Shown: piece by piece, positions 12,691-25,139 of the stretch
Layout: each line of letters opens with the position of its first letter
How positions within the stretch are numbered: position 1 is the first letter of the stretch
Assembly: GCF_018977255.1 (NCBI RefSeq)
Contig: NW_024704743.1
Location: 33,544,001-33,608,000, forward strand
Length of the DNA stretch: 64,000 bases
Direction of reading: 5' to 3'
Origin: Callorhinchus milii
Lineage: Eukaryota
Translations under genes and position numbers: made by a program
The notes under the pieces: generated by a model
What the model was told of the DNA's origin: nothing
The model's database searches: none
The model's input: the letters and a program-made list of their open reading frames with translations, nothing else

Positions 12691-13708
12691 CAACAACAAG
12701 GTTACATTTGTATAGCGCCTTTCACGTCGGGAGGACGTCCCAAGTCACTGGACAGTGTATAGCGTTTCAGACCCGAGCTGGGATCGGGGGGGAGAAGGGA
12801 GGGGAGGAGAAGGGGGTTGGCCAATGTTATGGTCGAAGAGGAGGGTCTTGAGGCGGGACTTGAAGGAGGCTAAGGAGGGGGCAAGGCGTAGTGATTGGGG
12901 GATGGAATTCCAGAGGTTGGGGGCAGAGTGGCTGAAGGCTCTCCCACCAATGGTGGGGTGGGTGGATCGTGGGACGTGGAGCAGGCCAGAGCCGGCTGAG
13001 CGGAGGGAATGGGTGGGTTGGTATGGGGTGAGGAGATCGCAGAGGTAGGGTGGGGCGAAGCCATGGAGGATTTTGTACATGAGGATCAGGATCTTGAACT
13101 GGATCCTCTGAAGGATAGGGAGCCAATGGAGTCGGGCGAGAATGGGGGAGATGGGATCACGGAGTTTAGTGCGGGAGAGGACACGGGCTGCAGAGTTCTG
13201 GATTATCTGCAGCCTGTGGAGGGAGGAGTTGAGAAGGCCGACAAGCAGGGTGTTTGCATAGTCGAGCTGGAGGTGATGAAGGCATGAAGAAGAGTTTCAG
13301 CGGCCTGAGGGGTGAGATAGTGGCAGATTCGGGCGATGTTACGGATGTGAAGGAAGGCAGAGCGGGTCATGGCTTGGATGTGGGGAGTAAAAGACAGTTG
13401 AGGGTCGAACAAGACACCTAGGTTCCTGATGGCTGGTGAGTTGAAGTGTGCAACCATGGACGTTGATGCTGCCAGAGCCTGAGGTGCTGATGCACTGGTG
13501 TGAGCCAATCAGGAGGGCCTCAGTCTTGTTCACATTCAACTGTAGGAACTTTCCCCTCATCCAGGACTTGATGTCCAACAGACAGTCTGTTGGGACAGCA
13601 GTGGTCCTGGAGTTGAGGGTGGAGGCAGAGAGATAGAGTCGGGTGTCATTCGCATACATATGGAAGTTGACCCCATGTCTGCGGATGATGTCACCAAGGG
13701 GGAGCATA
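12691..13708 (-). mobile_element. L2-clade LINE, 5'-truncated ~1 kb, frameshifted ORF2 (RT/thumb) plus 3' UTR
   Basis: Translations [58 protein letters not shown] and GGRAFSHSAPNLWNSIP, with a (TTG)n tail. Confidence 0.95.
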
Positions 13709-15309
13709 AATCGGAACCTGAGTTTGCCTACAAATACAGTCACTACATTTTATGGTAAATCCTGGAAAGTGCTTTGAGATGTTTTAACACAAATATACAA
13801 ACATGTTCACCCACAAATATACAGTCAATTCACTTTACAGTGTGTTCTGTGAAGCGCTTTGGGTCGTCCTCCCGACGTGAAAAGCGCTATATCAAATGCA
13901 AGGATTATTATTATTATTATTATTGACAACGTGCAGGGATTATTATTATTGTGAAAATAGGGTGGAGTCCACAACAAGATAGGTTATACGTGGCGTGTGG
14001 ATTGAGAGGGGTACAGAGACTTTGCTCATTCCACATTTATATGGAAAATAGCACATGAAAAAACATAGGCATGAACACATGCCCCACCACTCTGTGTTTT
14101 GGAATTTTAGTGTATAAGGCTTGACTGCAGTACCAAACTACAGATGTATTCCGTGTGGCAGGTTGAAGTGAACTGTAGTGTTACTGGGTAAATATTTAGA
14201 TTGCAATGTAAATGTTCTGTCTGCATGTTTCTGAACTCATCATCAGACAGAACCATTGGTAGTGCACTGGAGAAGAAAAACTGCAACAACAGTGAGAGAT
14301 AAAGGGGCCATTCCCATTCAATCACATGTATGGGGAGCGGGGGAAGAAAATAAAAAACTGGCACAAAGGCTGCTTAACAACTCCTGCTTCTTTGAGGTCA
14401 AAGGTTCCACACTCTGTTCTGACACGAAACAATAGGTAGCATAGTCCACACACTACTGATAAAAGAGTTAAAATATTGTTGATGTCCTGCATTAAAGTTC
14501 TGTGTCCTCTTTATAGCAAAACCATGTGCTGCCATCAATTGCAGACTTAAAACCTCATGTTGTGTTTGTGCATCACTAAATAATCTTATCAAAGGGCTGA
14601 ATGGCCTCCTCCTGCTCTTATGAAACAACATGTTGCTAGTACTATTTCTTCAGTGGGCACTTTGGGGGGAAATTTGTGGTGTTTCATAATGTGTTGCATT
14701 GATGTGTCACATCAAATGTATTACACAGTACCCCAAATTCCACCTCAATGATTTAAAAATCTCGCCTAGAGGGTTTGCAATAATCTTCTTAATAGACTAC
14801 TTTATTACATTTTTCCCTGCTCCGGTACAGACAACTGTTCAGTACCATCCCCTCGCGTCCAATCTTCATACGTAAACCCAGACAGTGAATGTTCCAGCAG
14901 ATATTTCAGCCGTGGGAAGGAAGAGGAATAGATTCCCAGCCAAGTCCAATGCTGTTCTCATCCAACATCCATAAATGCACATTTTCCATAAATCTAAACA
15001 GTGCAAAACTTTGCATAGAAGCTTTTGTATCAAGATGGTCCTGATCAAACTTTAAGTACGAAAAAAATCAATAATTAAAAGCTTGGTTGTATATTTGCTT
15101 TTTTCTGCCAATTCAAATAGCCTGTTGCTATTGGCAACCATAAGCACTTACAAAACATTGCCATAATTATATATTTGAGACGTCTAGAAGACGTGAGAAA
15201 CGCTATATCAAATGCAAGGATTATGCTTGTTTTTTAAAAAAAGTGATACACTCAAATAACAGTGGAAGTTCTGAAAGCTAAAAGTTGAGTACAGTAGTGT
15301 ACCTTTTTT

Positions 15310-15516
15310 TTTCTGCCTCGCCCCCTCCCTTGCCTCCTTCAAGACCCATCTCAAGACCCTCCTCTTCGACCATGCCTTTAATTACCCTCCTTCCCCACCT
15401 GCCCTCCACCCTACCTGATCCTGACCCCCAGCTTGGGTCCGAAACACTGACTGTCCAGCACCTTAGGACGTCCTCTTGACGTGAAAAGCGCTACACAAAT
15501 AAAATGTTGTTGTTAT
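15310..15516 (+). mobile_element. L2 3' end
   Basis: ccttcaagacccatctcaagaccctcctcttcgacc...gtgaaaagcgctacacaaataaaatgttgttgtt. Confidence 0.8.
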
Positions 15517-15699
15517 TAGTGAATTTCTGAAGTAGAGCCGAGGTAGCTGACCAAATTACTGTATGGCAATCTACAGTATTGCTGCTGTGTGTTTTTTCTC
15601 TCTTATATTGACTTTCAAGACTTCAGCAGCATACAAATTTTGTAAAGCCTGAAACCTTGCAGAACGCTGCGTTTTATGGGGCGGGGGACTGCTGGGGGA

Positions 15700-16352
15700 A
15701 AGGAAATTAATGTAATTGTGTATGGTATCTATTTGAAAGTGGTGGCTGGGTTAATTAGCTCTACATTACGTTTATTTGGAAGAGAGAGTTAATGTGTTAA
15801 TGTGTATGCTACACAATCAATTCACTTTGAAGTGTATTCTGTGAAGCGCTTTGAGACGTTTAGACTTTGTGATAAGGCACTAAATCAAATGCAAGAATTA
15901 TATATTATTATCTGAGTGTGTGAGGAGGGTAGTGGGTTCATTGGGTTTATTTGGAAGAGTGTATGTGTTGATATGTTTGAGGAAGGGTTAATTTACATTG
16001 TATTCACTTGGAAATGTAGGTTAATGTGCAGTTGTGTGTACTGTACATTGTGGTTATTTTGCAAGTATATGTTGATGTAGTGTGGGGGTGGGGTGGTGTT
16101 AATGTAACTGTACATTATATTTTTGGAAGAGTGCATGTGTATGTGTGTGTGAGAGAAGGGGGGTATTTTAATGCAACTACATTATATTTATTTGCAAGAG
16201 TTGTGTTGGTGTGGTGTGTGGGGGGGAATGGTGGCAATGTAGCTGTGCATTGTATTTAATTGGAAGTGTGCGTATGTATGTGCGTATATATGTGTGAGAG
16301 GGTAATGTTAATCTTAATGTAATTGCATTATATTTAATTCGTAGAGCGTGTG
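15700..16352. repeat. Degenerate interspersed tandem array (~10 copies of a ~30-35 bp core with GT-rich spacers)
   Basis: Core similar to gttaatgtaactgtacattatatttatttggaagag at about 15706, 15750, 15985, 16020, 16098, 16167, 16234 and 16314. Confidence 0.65.
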
Positions 16353-16419
16353 AGTGTGTGTTTCTGCAAGGCCTTCGACCTAGTGCCTCATGAAGCCTTC
16401 ATGGGAATACATGGGCAAC

Positions 16420-16746
16420 TTCTGGCACCTCCCTACCTCTCCAAACTTCTCACTTCCCAATCCACCACCCGGAGCCTCCGCTCGACTGGCATCGGCCTCC
16501 TGCTTGTCCCTCGCACCCTCCGCCCCACCATCGGAGGTCGTGCTTTCACTACGCCCCAAAACTTTGGAACATTCCCCCTCAATCCCTCAGCCTTGCCCTC
16601 TTTCTCCCCTCTTTCAAGTGCCGCTTGAAAACTTGCCTCTTCCACCGTGCTTATGACCACCTCCTCCCTCGGTGTCAGGCTCTGTCACTGTTAAGCGCTC
16701 TGAGATGCTACCCTGCGTGGAGGGCACTATATAAGTGCAAGTTGTT
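16420..16746 (+). mobile_element. L2 LINE 3' fragment
   Basis: Translates APPYLSKLL...RSLRSTGIGLLLVPRTLRPTIGGRAF, with tail ctatataagtgcaagttgtt. Confidence 0.85.
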
Positions 16747-16764
16747 TTCGATTTTATCTGAAAT

Positions 16765-17343
16765 GGGTATTCTAGCTCCAAGATCTGAAGAGCTGATGGG
16801 TTGGGCTCACTGAGCTCATCTCTTTCAGAAGGGGAGGGGTAAAGCAAAGCTGCCCATTGTCACCCAGCTTATTCAATGTATTCATCAATGATGTATTGGA
16901 AGGGGGCTGGAGTTGATGTATCTGTTCCAGGCATTCCTGATAGGATTGCTACACTTCTGTTTGCAGGTGATATTGTGCTTTTGGCTGACTTACCTGGGGA
17001 CCTTATACACTGCACTCGCCAGCTTGAACACTGGGCCATTAGCGTGATATGATGGTGGATTTCCCCCCTGTGCGGAATCATGGTTCTACATCGTTCAAAA
17101 GAGGACATTGAGGGTATTTATTGGAAAATACAGGGGGGGATCAGTGCCAATTGTTGACTGTTATAGGTCCCTGGGGGTTCCGATGGACACCAAAGTTTGC
17201 TTGGACACTGTCCTGAGGGTCCTCACTGAGTCAGGGTGAAGGGTACTCTGGTCGTGCTCGTCTCTTTTTAAAGACAGCAAGGTCCCAGTGCAGGTTAAGC
17301 TTGTGTCCAAACAGTTCTTCATAGTTTTAAGGTCCTGTGAAAG
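16765..17343 (+). mobile_element. Decayed non-LTR retrotransposon RT region, not CR1/L2 type; truncated by the assembly gap
   Basis: Translations across frameshifts: GVKQSCPLSPSLFNVFINDVLE (from 16836), SVPGIPDRIATLLFAGDIVLLAD (from 16921), CGIMVL, VPIVDCYRSLGV and LFKDSKVPVQVKL. Confidence 0.85.
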
Positions 17344-17368
17344 NNNNNNNNNNNNNNNNNNNNNNNNN
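17344..17368. other. Assembly gap (25 N)
   Basis: Run of N. Confidence 1.
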
Positions 17369-19520
17369 AAAAATAAACATCAGAACCTTTCAGGAGGCAG
17401 TTTTCAGTGACACTGCTTCAGCTGAGTCAGACCCTGTACTTTTCACACCATTTACAGATTAGCTGATTTCACACAGAAATAGCTGTAGCAACTGAGGCGG
17501 TAAAGATGAAAAAACTGGCAAGAAAAAGAATAGTACAGTGCCGCATCTATAAACTGAACACAGTTCAATGTTAAAAAGGAAGAGGCCAAGGCAGGGTGGT
17601 GGGGCGGCAGGGGTTAAGGAAGAGGAGAGTAGTTTCAGCATTAAGTATTCCATCTGTGTAATTGGAAAAAAAAGTGTAGCTATCTTCTCTGCTACAAGTT
17701 ATGTACTGCAGCTTTGACTTTACCCGAAGTACTCCCACAGGATTTCCTCCTCTTGTAAAGAGAAGGTTCAGTCTTAACAACCATTTCAGACTGGGCAGAT
17801 CTCCAGATTGAAAATTAATAGCACGGTTCACATTATACACCACACAGCGCTTTAAAGTTGCAAGATTCCCAACATAGCTGCTCCCGCTGGCTCTCGATTG
17901 TGACCACCTTTTTTAGGGAGATGAGGCCAGGTAGCGCCTTTGAAAGTAAAGTAAAAGTTGTCCGCGGACAATTCACTAGTCAGGAATGACATCTTTTGGA
18001 TCAGGTGCTAAACTGAGGGGTCATCGGCCTGGTTCAGGTGGACGTTTTGAATGTCTCAATACTAACAAAGATGGAAGGGAGGGAGATTCTCTCAGTGCCC
18101 TGTCCTACAATCCTCCAGATTAAAATGGTCATTCACCTAATCAACCTTTCTGGCACAAATGATGGTCACCTTTGCCGGCAAAAATAGTCACTCACATTAA
18201 GAGCAATTACAACTGTGAAGCACTTTGAGACGTTTTGACATCGAGCAGTATAAAAATGCGTTTTTTCTTTTATCGTAGACAAGAGACCCCATCAAAGCAG
18301 GATTGCTCAAAGGCTGCCTAAGAGTTTAAATGTCCAAATTCTCAATCAGGCACCATATAAAATAGTGCCAGACAGGAACAAAACAGCAGCACTGCTAAAA
18401 GCCTTAAGAGTCCACAATAGCAAAGCAGCAATATGCATTTCTAGTTTGAGGAAGCACTGAGGAGGGCTCACCACATCAGGGAAATTGAAACAAGGGACTC
18501 AGAGAGAAAAATAAACTTTAAATTGAGAGCACGTGCGAGAAATGAAGACTTCTAAATAAAACAATTTTTCCTGGCTCCCAAAGCGAACACTGCTAATGGC
18601 TTGCTGTTTACAATAGCACTGTGCTATTGCGACACACAAGCACATATACTTTTAAAGCTGCCATACAAAGTGCCTTTAATTTCACTATTGTGTGAGGCAA
18701 ATCATACCCACAATACACAAAGCAGTAAAATCTGACGTGTCTTTGGAATGGCTATACTGCTGGGTTACAAACAATGCTATTTTGAAAGTCAAATGTCTCA
18801 TTCCTAGACGTCTCTGCTTCAGACCTGTTCTGAGAATGTGTCAAATAAGATCTTTGCGCAGTTTTGAAGCAAACCAGTTTTAAGAAGCCCAAGTTTCACA
18901 GTCCTGGTGGTAAACTGTGCAAATTGCAGCAGCCACAAAAAGGTGGAAATATTTAATTAAAAAAATCTAATGGCTCAGCATTCATCCAAGACTATCTGTG
19001 CTGAGTTCATAAATCTTACGTCAAGGCTGTGCAGGCAGCTTCAATGCCCTGAGTTAGGCATGTGATGCGGAAGCAAAAACAACTTGCGGTTATGTAGCAC
19101 CCTCCACACTGGTAGCACCTCAGAGCACTTAACATTGGCACAGCTCGACACCAAGCCGGTAAAGGGGGAGGGGTGGGGGAGGAAAAAGGTGACCCTAGGC
19201 ATGATCAAAGAACAAAGTCTTTAGAAGCGATCTGAAGATGGATAAGAAGGGGACAGGATGGAGGGATCAACGCAGAAAGTTCCAGTTTTAAAGCATGGCG
19301 GCTATAAGCATAGCCTACAATAGTGGATGGAATGTGTCAATCAGCAATGAAAAAGGTTGTAAAATTATCACTGCCTCACAAATCAGCATGTTAGTACCTT
19401 ATGTAAGTTACTGTTTGTTGTGGAATGCAAAGTTTATCTACATTTTTGTTACAGGTATGATAGAGCTTATATAAAAAAAGTGGTTACATATGGATCTCTT
19501 TCAAAACATGCAACTAATGG

Positions 19521-19690
19521 TAGGCCTGAAATTCCACCACTCTTCGCCTATCAGACCATTTTGTCTTAAAATTTAACACTGCACAGAATTATGGAAAATT
19601 CTTAAATTCAGTCTAATTTTGAAAGCCGGGTTCTTATAAGGAGCCGGCTTCCAATTTGAGACTGCATATAATATTGGAATTTTAGGCTTA
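19521..19690. mobile_element. Short MITE-like element (mirrored at ~34384-34552)
   Basis: Ends taggcctgaaattcca...tggaatttaggctta with TA flanks. Internal hairpin aagccggg-ttcttataagg-agccggctt. Related sequence near 8045-8120. Confidence 0.5.
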
Positions 19691-22199
19691 GTGTGTGATG
19701 GAATATCACTTCAATATGTAGAGCAGTCAATGCCAGGGAAGTGTTAGGAATGACATACTCAGTCACACTGAAGTGGTCAGGACTCCTCTCCCCAGTGCAA
19801 AATATACTTACATTTAAATTGTTTTATTATTGAAGTGGAAAATGTTTCTAGGTATGGTGCAATAAGCAATAAGACTATTATTGATTACTTTTGCTCCACA
19901 CTATGTATAAATCAGGTAACTGTCTTTTTGACAGAATGAGTGCAGACACAGCAAGGAAAACAAATAAATAATGGAACAATTTCCTCTACTCTTTATGCGT
20001 TTCCCCTGTGCTTACAAGAATGACTAAACTTTTTAAAAATTAGCACTCATATACACATACTCCTCCCTTCCCATTTCTACCCATCATTATTTTACTCCAT
20101 CCTTCAGTTTCACTTCAAGGTCCCCATTCCATTGGACCCTACGGATATGAATTGGAAACTGTTTTTGCAATATTGCACACTAAAATTTGTCACTCACTCC
20201 ATGGCTGTTTGTGGGCCATTGATATGCGACAAAAGACAGTAGCACCATGTTACAGTATATCCTGTGAAGCGCTTTGAGACATCTCAACGTGATATAGCAC
20301 AATATCAAATGCAAGAATTATATATTATAGATAGAAATCAAAACTTATTTTTAATCCTCCTCCCATTGGATTCTGGTTGTCCCTCCACCTCTATAAATGT
20401 TAGCTTCAGCTCACACACAATGCCTCAGGGAGGATAACACTGGCATGTCTGCAATGAAGAATCCATCAGTTCTCACTACAGCAAATAGTACACTTCTGCA
20501 TCATAACTTCATGAGCAGGTGGCACAGAGGTGGACTAGATTACACTGGGCATCAATTCTATACCTACAGCTATTGTGTGATACCCCAACAACTGCTGGGG
20601 CCAACAAAAGCACTTATTGAATGGCAGGTGGCAGCTTTGAATTTAGTTTATTACAGGAAAATCATCTTTTACTCTTTTGAATGAGGGCCCAATGGTAAAG
20701 GCTGCCAAAAATCATAAGTTTTAATTAACCCTCACTGTTACTAACCATACACTTTTCCCACAGTGCATACTTAACCTCCCCTCAAAGAAAAATATTGTAT
20801 TTGAGGTCTGAATCAATTTATTATTCGAAATAAAATATATGTAGTGAATTATACATGGAGATAACAGTAAACTTAAGTTATATAACTGCAGATTACAAAC
20901 AGAGAGACACATTCTTTTAAATGATAATATTACAAACAGATACAGTAATTCAATGGGTTGTCAAGAGACTTTAAAGACATGGAATCAAATTCAGTCTTGT
21001 TCATCTTCTAATTACAACCAACTGTCCAGACACTAGATAACCTGCCTATATGATTGAGGGCCCAGTTAAGAGTTGCAGTAAGATGTTCTGCAAAACAAAT
21101 TGCACTTATAAAATACCTTTCATGCAAGACAAACGTCTCAAAGAGCTTAATGACGTTGAGAGCTCTTAGTCAATTTCTTTAGGCTCTTCTCCTGCATCAT
21201 ATTGTCTCCCAATAACTTTTGTTTTTCCTGGGAATGAGCACGAGGCTCAGACAGAACATTTTATTTCTTGCCATTTGCTACAATGGTCTCCAAATGCCTT
21301 TTTTTGTCACTAGCTGGCATTGCTTCTTTCCTATTATGTGGGTGAAAACTGACGAGTACTTTACCTTGAAAGTAGAGTACATGCTTCCCTTCCTTCTCCC
21401 ATCCAGTAACATCATTTTTAACACTTTCTAGTCAAGCTTTTAAATATAAAACTAAAGGTTTCAATCCCTGGCATAAAGGAACACAAGCATTAATTATGAG
21501 GTTATCACTTTCACTGTATCGATAACCGAGACGCATACCCACACATTTCTGTCTTCTCCACCTCTGCCATCCTAGGTTTTCCAAACGAAACACTCCCTTT
21601 TCTGCCATAAATACTTTATGCATGGCCGATAAACAGCACACAATTCAGAAAAATGCTGTAATCAGTGTTTTCAAGCTTTATCCTCTTTATTTTGTACTTA
21701 GAAGGGCAGTTTATGTAAATTTAAGGCCACGAGCAAACCGCAACATTCTGAGTCACTATTTTTTTAAAAAGTGCTGTGACTATGAACACTCACTCTTCTA
21801 TTGCATTTATTTCAGAAACCCTGCAGGGGGTTAACAAAGGGTTACATTCGTCATGTCCGCAAATTATTTAAAAAAAGGCTTTAATAAAAAATGTAGAAAG
21901 GAATGGAAATTAAAGCTCTTATGATGACTAACGCTGTGGTGCATGGGGACATTCAGGGAACGTAGTGAAAAACCCTTGACATTATCACTGATTGAAACCT
22001 ATATTTATATATACACACACACACACACCCTTCGGGCAGGTTTGGACACTCTCGAGCACGGTGATAGGTTTCCACATTTGCCAGACCTCCGGATGACCAC
22101 AGATCGTAAAGATATTTCTTTAAAAAAAAATTAAAAATAAGTTTTAAACTGGGCGCAAGGTTTTTTTGGGGGTAGATTTTTTTTTTTTTCAAAAAAAAG

Positions 22200-22680
22200 C
22201 AATGCCCAGAGAGTGTCAGCCCAGGAAGTCAGGTCTCTTTTCTTTTCTCATGTGCTATTTTTGTGAATTAAAAGTGCAGCGGGTCACGTGGCTGGAGAGT
22301 GGGGGGGGGAGGGGAGGGGAGGGGAGGGGCGGGAGCCGCCAGCACTTCCGCACCCCTCCCCCACGCACACCCCAGCCACACCACGCACGGCCATTGTGAC
22401 GTCACAGAGGCCGGCTCTCCCGAGGTTCCGGACCGCGCCGACGTCACGGACGGGTCCCGGAACGCGACGCCCCCGCGTCGTTCCAGAGAGGGGGCTCGGC
22501 GCGCCTGCGCGGTTCGGTGGGTGGTTGGGTGGTTGGTTGGTTGGAGGGGGGGGGACCTGTTGCGCCCCATTCAGCGCCTCGTGTCCCTGTCCCCCGAGCA
22601 GAGGCAGCCCTGAGCTCTCTCATACACACACACACACACAGAGGCCGGCGGCAGCAATGCACCAAGGAAACCGGCTCTTT
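22200..22680 (-). promoter_or_regulatory. Intronic CpG island / candidate alternative promoter (left-arm copy)
   Basis: CpG-dense in a CpG-depleted background. Palindromic CRE TGTGACGTCACA (22395-22406), ETS CACTTCCG, GC box GGGGCGGG and E-box GTCACGTGG. Confidence 0.7.
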
Positions 22681-23282
22681 ACTGTACAGTATGTACACAC
22701 AGACACTACACAGACACACAGACACGCTAAGCCATTGCAAAGCAGCAACAACCTTCCTTCCCCCCCTCCAAACCCACACAAATGTGCTCTCCATCCCTCT
22801 TTTTTCCCCCCCCACCCAAACCAGCTCTTTATTTTCTTCTACACCACCCCCTCCCTCCCCATTGCAAACTTTCTCACTTATTCTCTCCTCCTCCCTCCCT
22901 CCCTCCCTCCCCCACCCCAAACACACCACAAGTCCGGGGTTTCCTTTGTCTCAATAATAAAATTAAATTTTCGAGGCAGAAATGCAACTTTTTTGTTCTT
23001 ATATATGTTCTTCAAAAGAAAAGCTGGCGCAATGTCTTAACACTTAAAAAAAAAGTAGAATTATTTTCTTTATCTATAAAGAAAACGACCAACCGCACAA
23101 AAAAGAAGTTTTGTATGCTGATCACTGCAATGAATCAGAAGTGGAGGGAGGGAGGAAAGGAAAAGATAGATGAAAGTGGTGGTGGTTCATTTTTATTTGT
23201 ATGTGTGTGTGTTTGTGGAGAAGATGATTGTCAACATTATCATCACGGAAAGCATTCTCTTTCCGTCGGTTTTAAACCCATG

Positions 23283-23775
23283 GGGGGGCGGGTGTGGGTT
23301 GGCGGGGAATGGGGGGGTGCGGGTTGGCGGGGAATGGGGGGGGGTGCGGGTTGGCGGGGAATGGGGGGGTGGGGAATCGGGGGGCTGTGGGTTGGCGGGG
23401 AATGGGGGGTGGGTTGGTGGGGAATGGGGGGGCGGGTTGGCGGGGAATGGGGGGCTGTGGTTGGCGGGGAATGGGGTGGGAGGCGGTTGGCGGGGAATGG
23501 GGGTAGAGTGGGTTGGTGAGGAATGGGGGGGCTGTGGGTTGGCGGGGAATGGGGTGGGAGTGCGGGTTGGCGGGAATGGGGGGTAGAGTGTGGGTTGGCG
23601 GGGAATGGGGGGGGGGGGAGTGTGGGTTGGCAGGGAATGTGGGTGGTGGAGTGTGGGTTGGCAGGGAATGGGGGGGGAGGGCAGGAGTGTGGGTTGGCGG
23701 GAATGTGGGGGGGGAGTGTGAGTTGGCGGGAATGTGGGGGGGGGGGAGTGTGGGTTGGCAGGGAATGTGGGGGGC
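23283..23775 (+). repeat. G-rich minisatellite, unit ~GTGGGTTGGCGGGGAATGGGGG (mirrored at ~30285-30800)
   Basis: Many tandem units with variable G runs. Confidence 0.95.
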
Positions 23776-24289
23776 GGTGTTGTGTGGGGTGGGGGTGTCA
23801 GGGCGGGTGGACGGACGTGTGGGGGTGGACGTGTGTGTGGGGTTGGGTGCGTGGTGGTCAATGTGCAGAATGATGGTTGAGAATGAAGAGGCAGCGTGAG
23901 GCTGTGGTGAACGTGTCGTGTCACCTTCTCGCTTCCAGACAGGGGAGTCTGTCGAGTCAAAAGGCCAACTGCAGATCCGCAAACAATCAACCCCAATGGC
24001 AAGAGAAGTCCTTCCAACATCTGCTATGTCTCCCCCCACCTCACTCCCCTCCCATCTCACACATGCCCCCACTGACCCCTCATACCCACCCCACCCTCTC
24101 ACCTCACACCCCCACCACACCTCTCCATTACCTAGAGGCCCCTGAATAATTCACATTCACGGTTTGCAGATGCTCTTTCCAAGGCTGATGTGTGTGTGTG
24201 TGTGTGTGTGTGTTTCGAGGAGCGTGTGGGGGTGGAAGAGTGGGGGAGGCAGGTATGAGTGTTGGGAGGTGGGGCAAGAGGAGTGAGTG

Positions 24290-24585
24290 TTGGGGGCGAA
24301 GAGGAGTGGGGCGAAGAGGAGTGGGGCGAAGAGGAGTGGGGCGAAGAGGAGTGGGGCGAAGAGGAGTGGGCGAAGAGGAGTGGGGCGAAGAGGAGTGGGG
24401 CGAAGAGGAGTGGGGCGAAGAGGATGGGGCGAAGAGGAGTGGGGCGAAGAGGAGTGGGGCGAAGAGGAGTGGGGCGAAGAGGAGTGGGTGTTGGGGGGTG
24501 GGGGGGAGGAGTGAGTGTTGGGGGGGGAAGAGGAGTGGGGCGAAGAGGAGTGGGGCGAAGAGGAGTGGGGCGAAGAGGAGTGGGT
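24290..24585 (+). repeat. 15-bp minisatellite GAGGAGTGGGGCGAA (mirrored at 29498-29770)
   Basis: Near-perfect tandem units. The inner boundary of the inverted arms falls inside this array. Confidence 0.95.
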
Positions 24586-24599
24586 GTTGGGGGTGGGGG

Positions 24600-25010
24600 G
24601 GAGGAGTGAGTGTTGGGGGGGGGAGTGAGTGTGCTGGGAGGGGAGTGGCGGGGATGGGGTGGCGAGTGTGCTGGGGGGAGGAGTGGGGGTGAGTGTGCTG
24701 GGGGGGAGGAGTGGGGGGGTGAGTGTGCTGGGGGGAGTGGCGGGGATGGGGTGGTGAGTGTGCTGGGGGGAGGAGTGGGGGGGTGAGTGTGCTGGGGGGG
24801 AGGAGTGGGGGGGGTGAGTATGCTGGGGGGGAGGAGTGTGGGGGGGGTGAGTGTGCTGGGGGGGTGAGTGTACTGGGGGGGTGAGTGTGCTGGGGGGGAG
24901 GAGTGTGGGGGGGTAGTGTGCTGGGGGGTGAGTGTGCTGGGGGGGTGAGTGTGCTGGGGGGGTGAGTGTGCTGGGGGGGTGAGTGTGCTGGGGGGGAGGA
25001 GTGGGGAGGA
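24600..25010 (+). repeat. G-rich minisatellite GAGTGTGCTGGGGGG(G)
   Basis: Tandem units visible directly. Confidence 0.95.
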
Positions 25011-25139
25011 GTAGGAAAGGAGAAAAAGAAGAGAAAACATGGCAATAAGATGACCATGTGGCCGCATCGGCACGAACAAAAAAAACATAATCAAACTTAG
25101 TGAATATAAACAATGCCATTTTCCTCTCCCGCGCCCCCC

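Larger units (their letters stand above)
17369..24560. repeat. Left arm of 7.2-kb inverted duplication
   Basis: Reverse complement of 29498-36708. The ORF track shows identical mirrored ORFs (e.g. 20397-20684+ and 33389-33676-; 18692-18883+ and 35190-35381-). Confidence 0.98.

Noticed and set aside
12745..13743. Functional reverse transcriptase gene
   Set aside because: Split across frames, catalytic YADD is mutated to YAND, and it is 5' truncated. It is a dead L2 copy.
24290..24585. CRISPR-like array
   Set aside because: Head-to-tail 15-bp units without unique spacers, no cas genes, and a vertebrate context.
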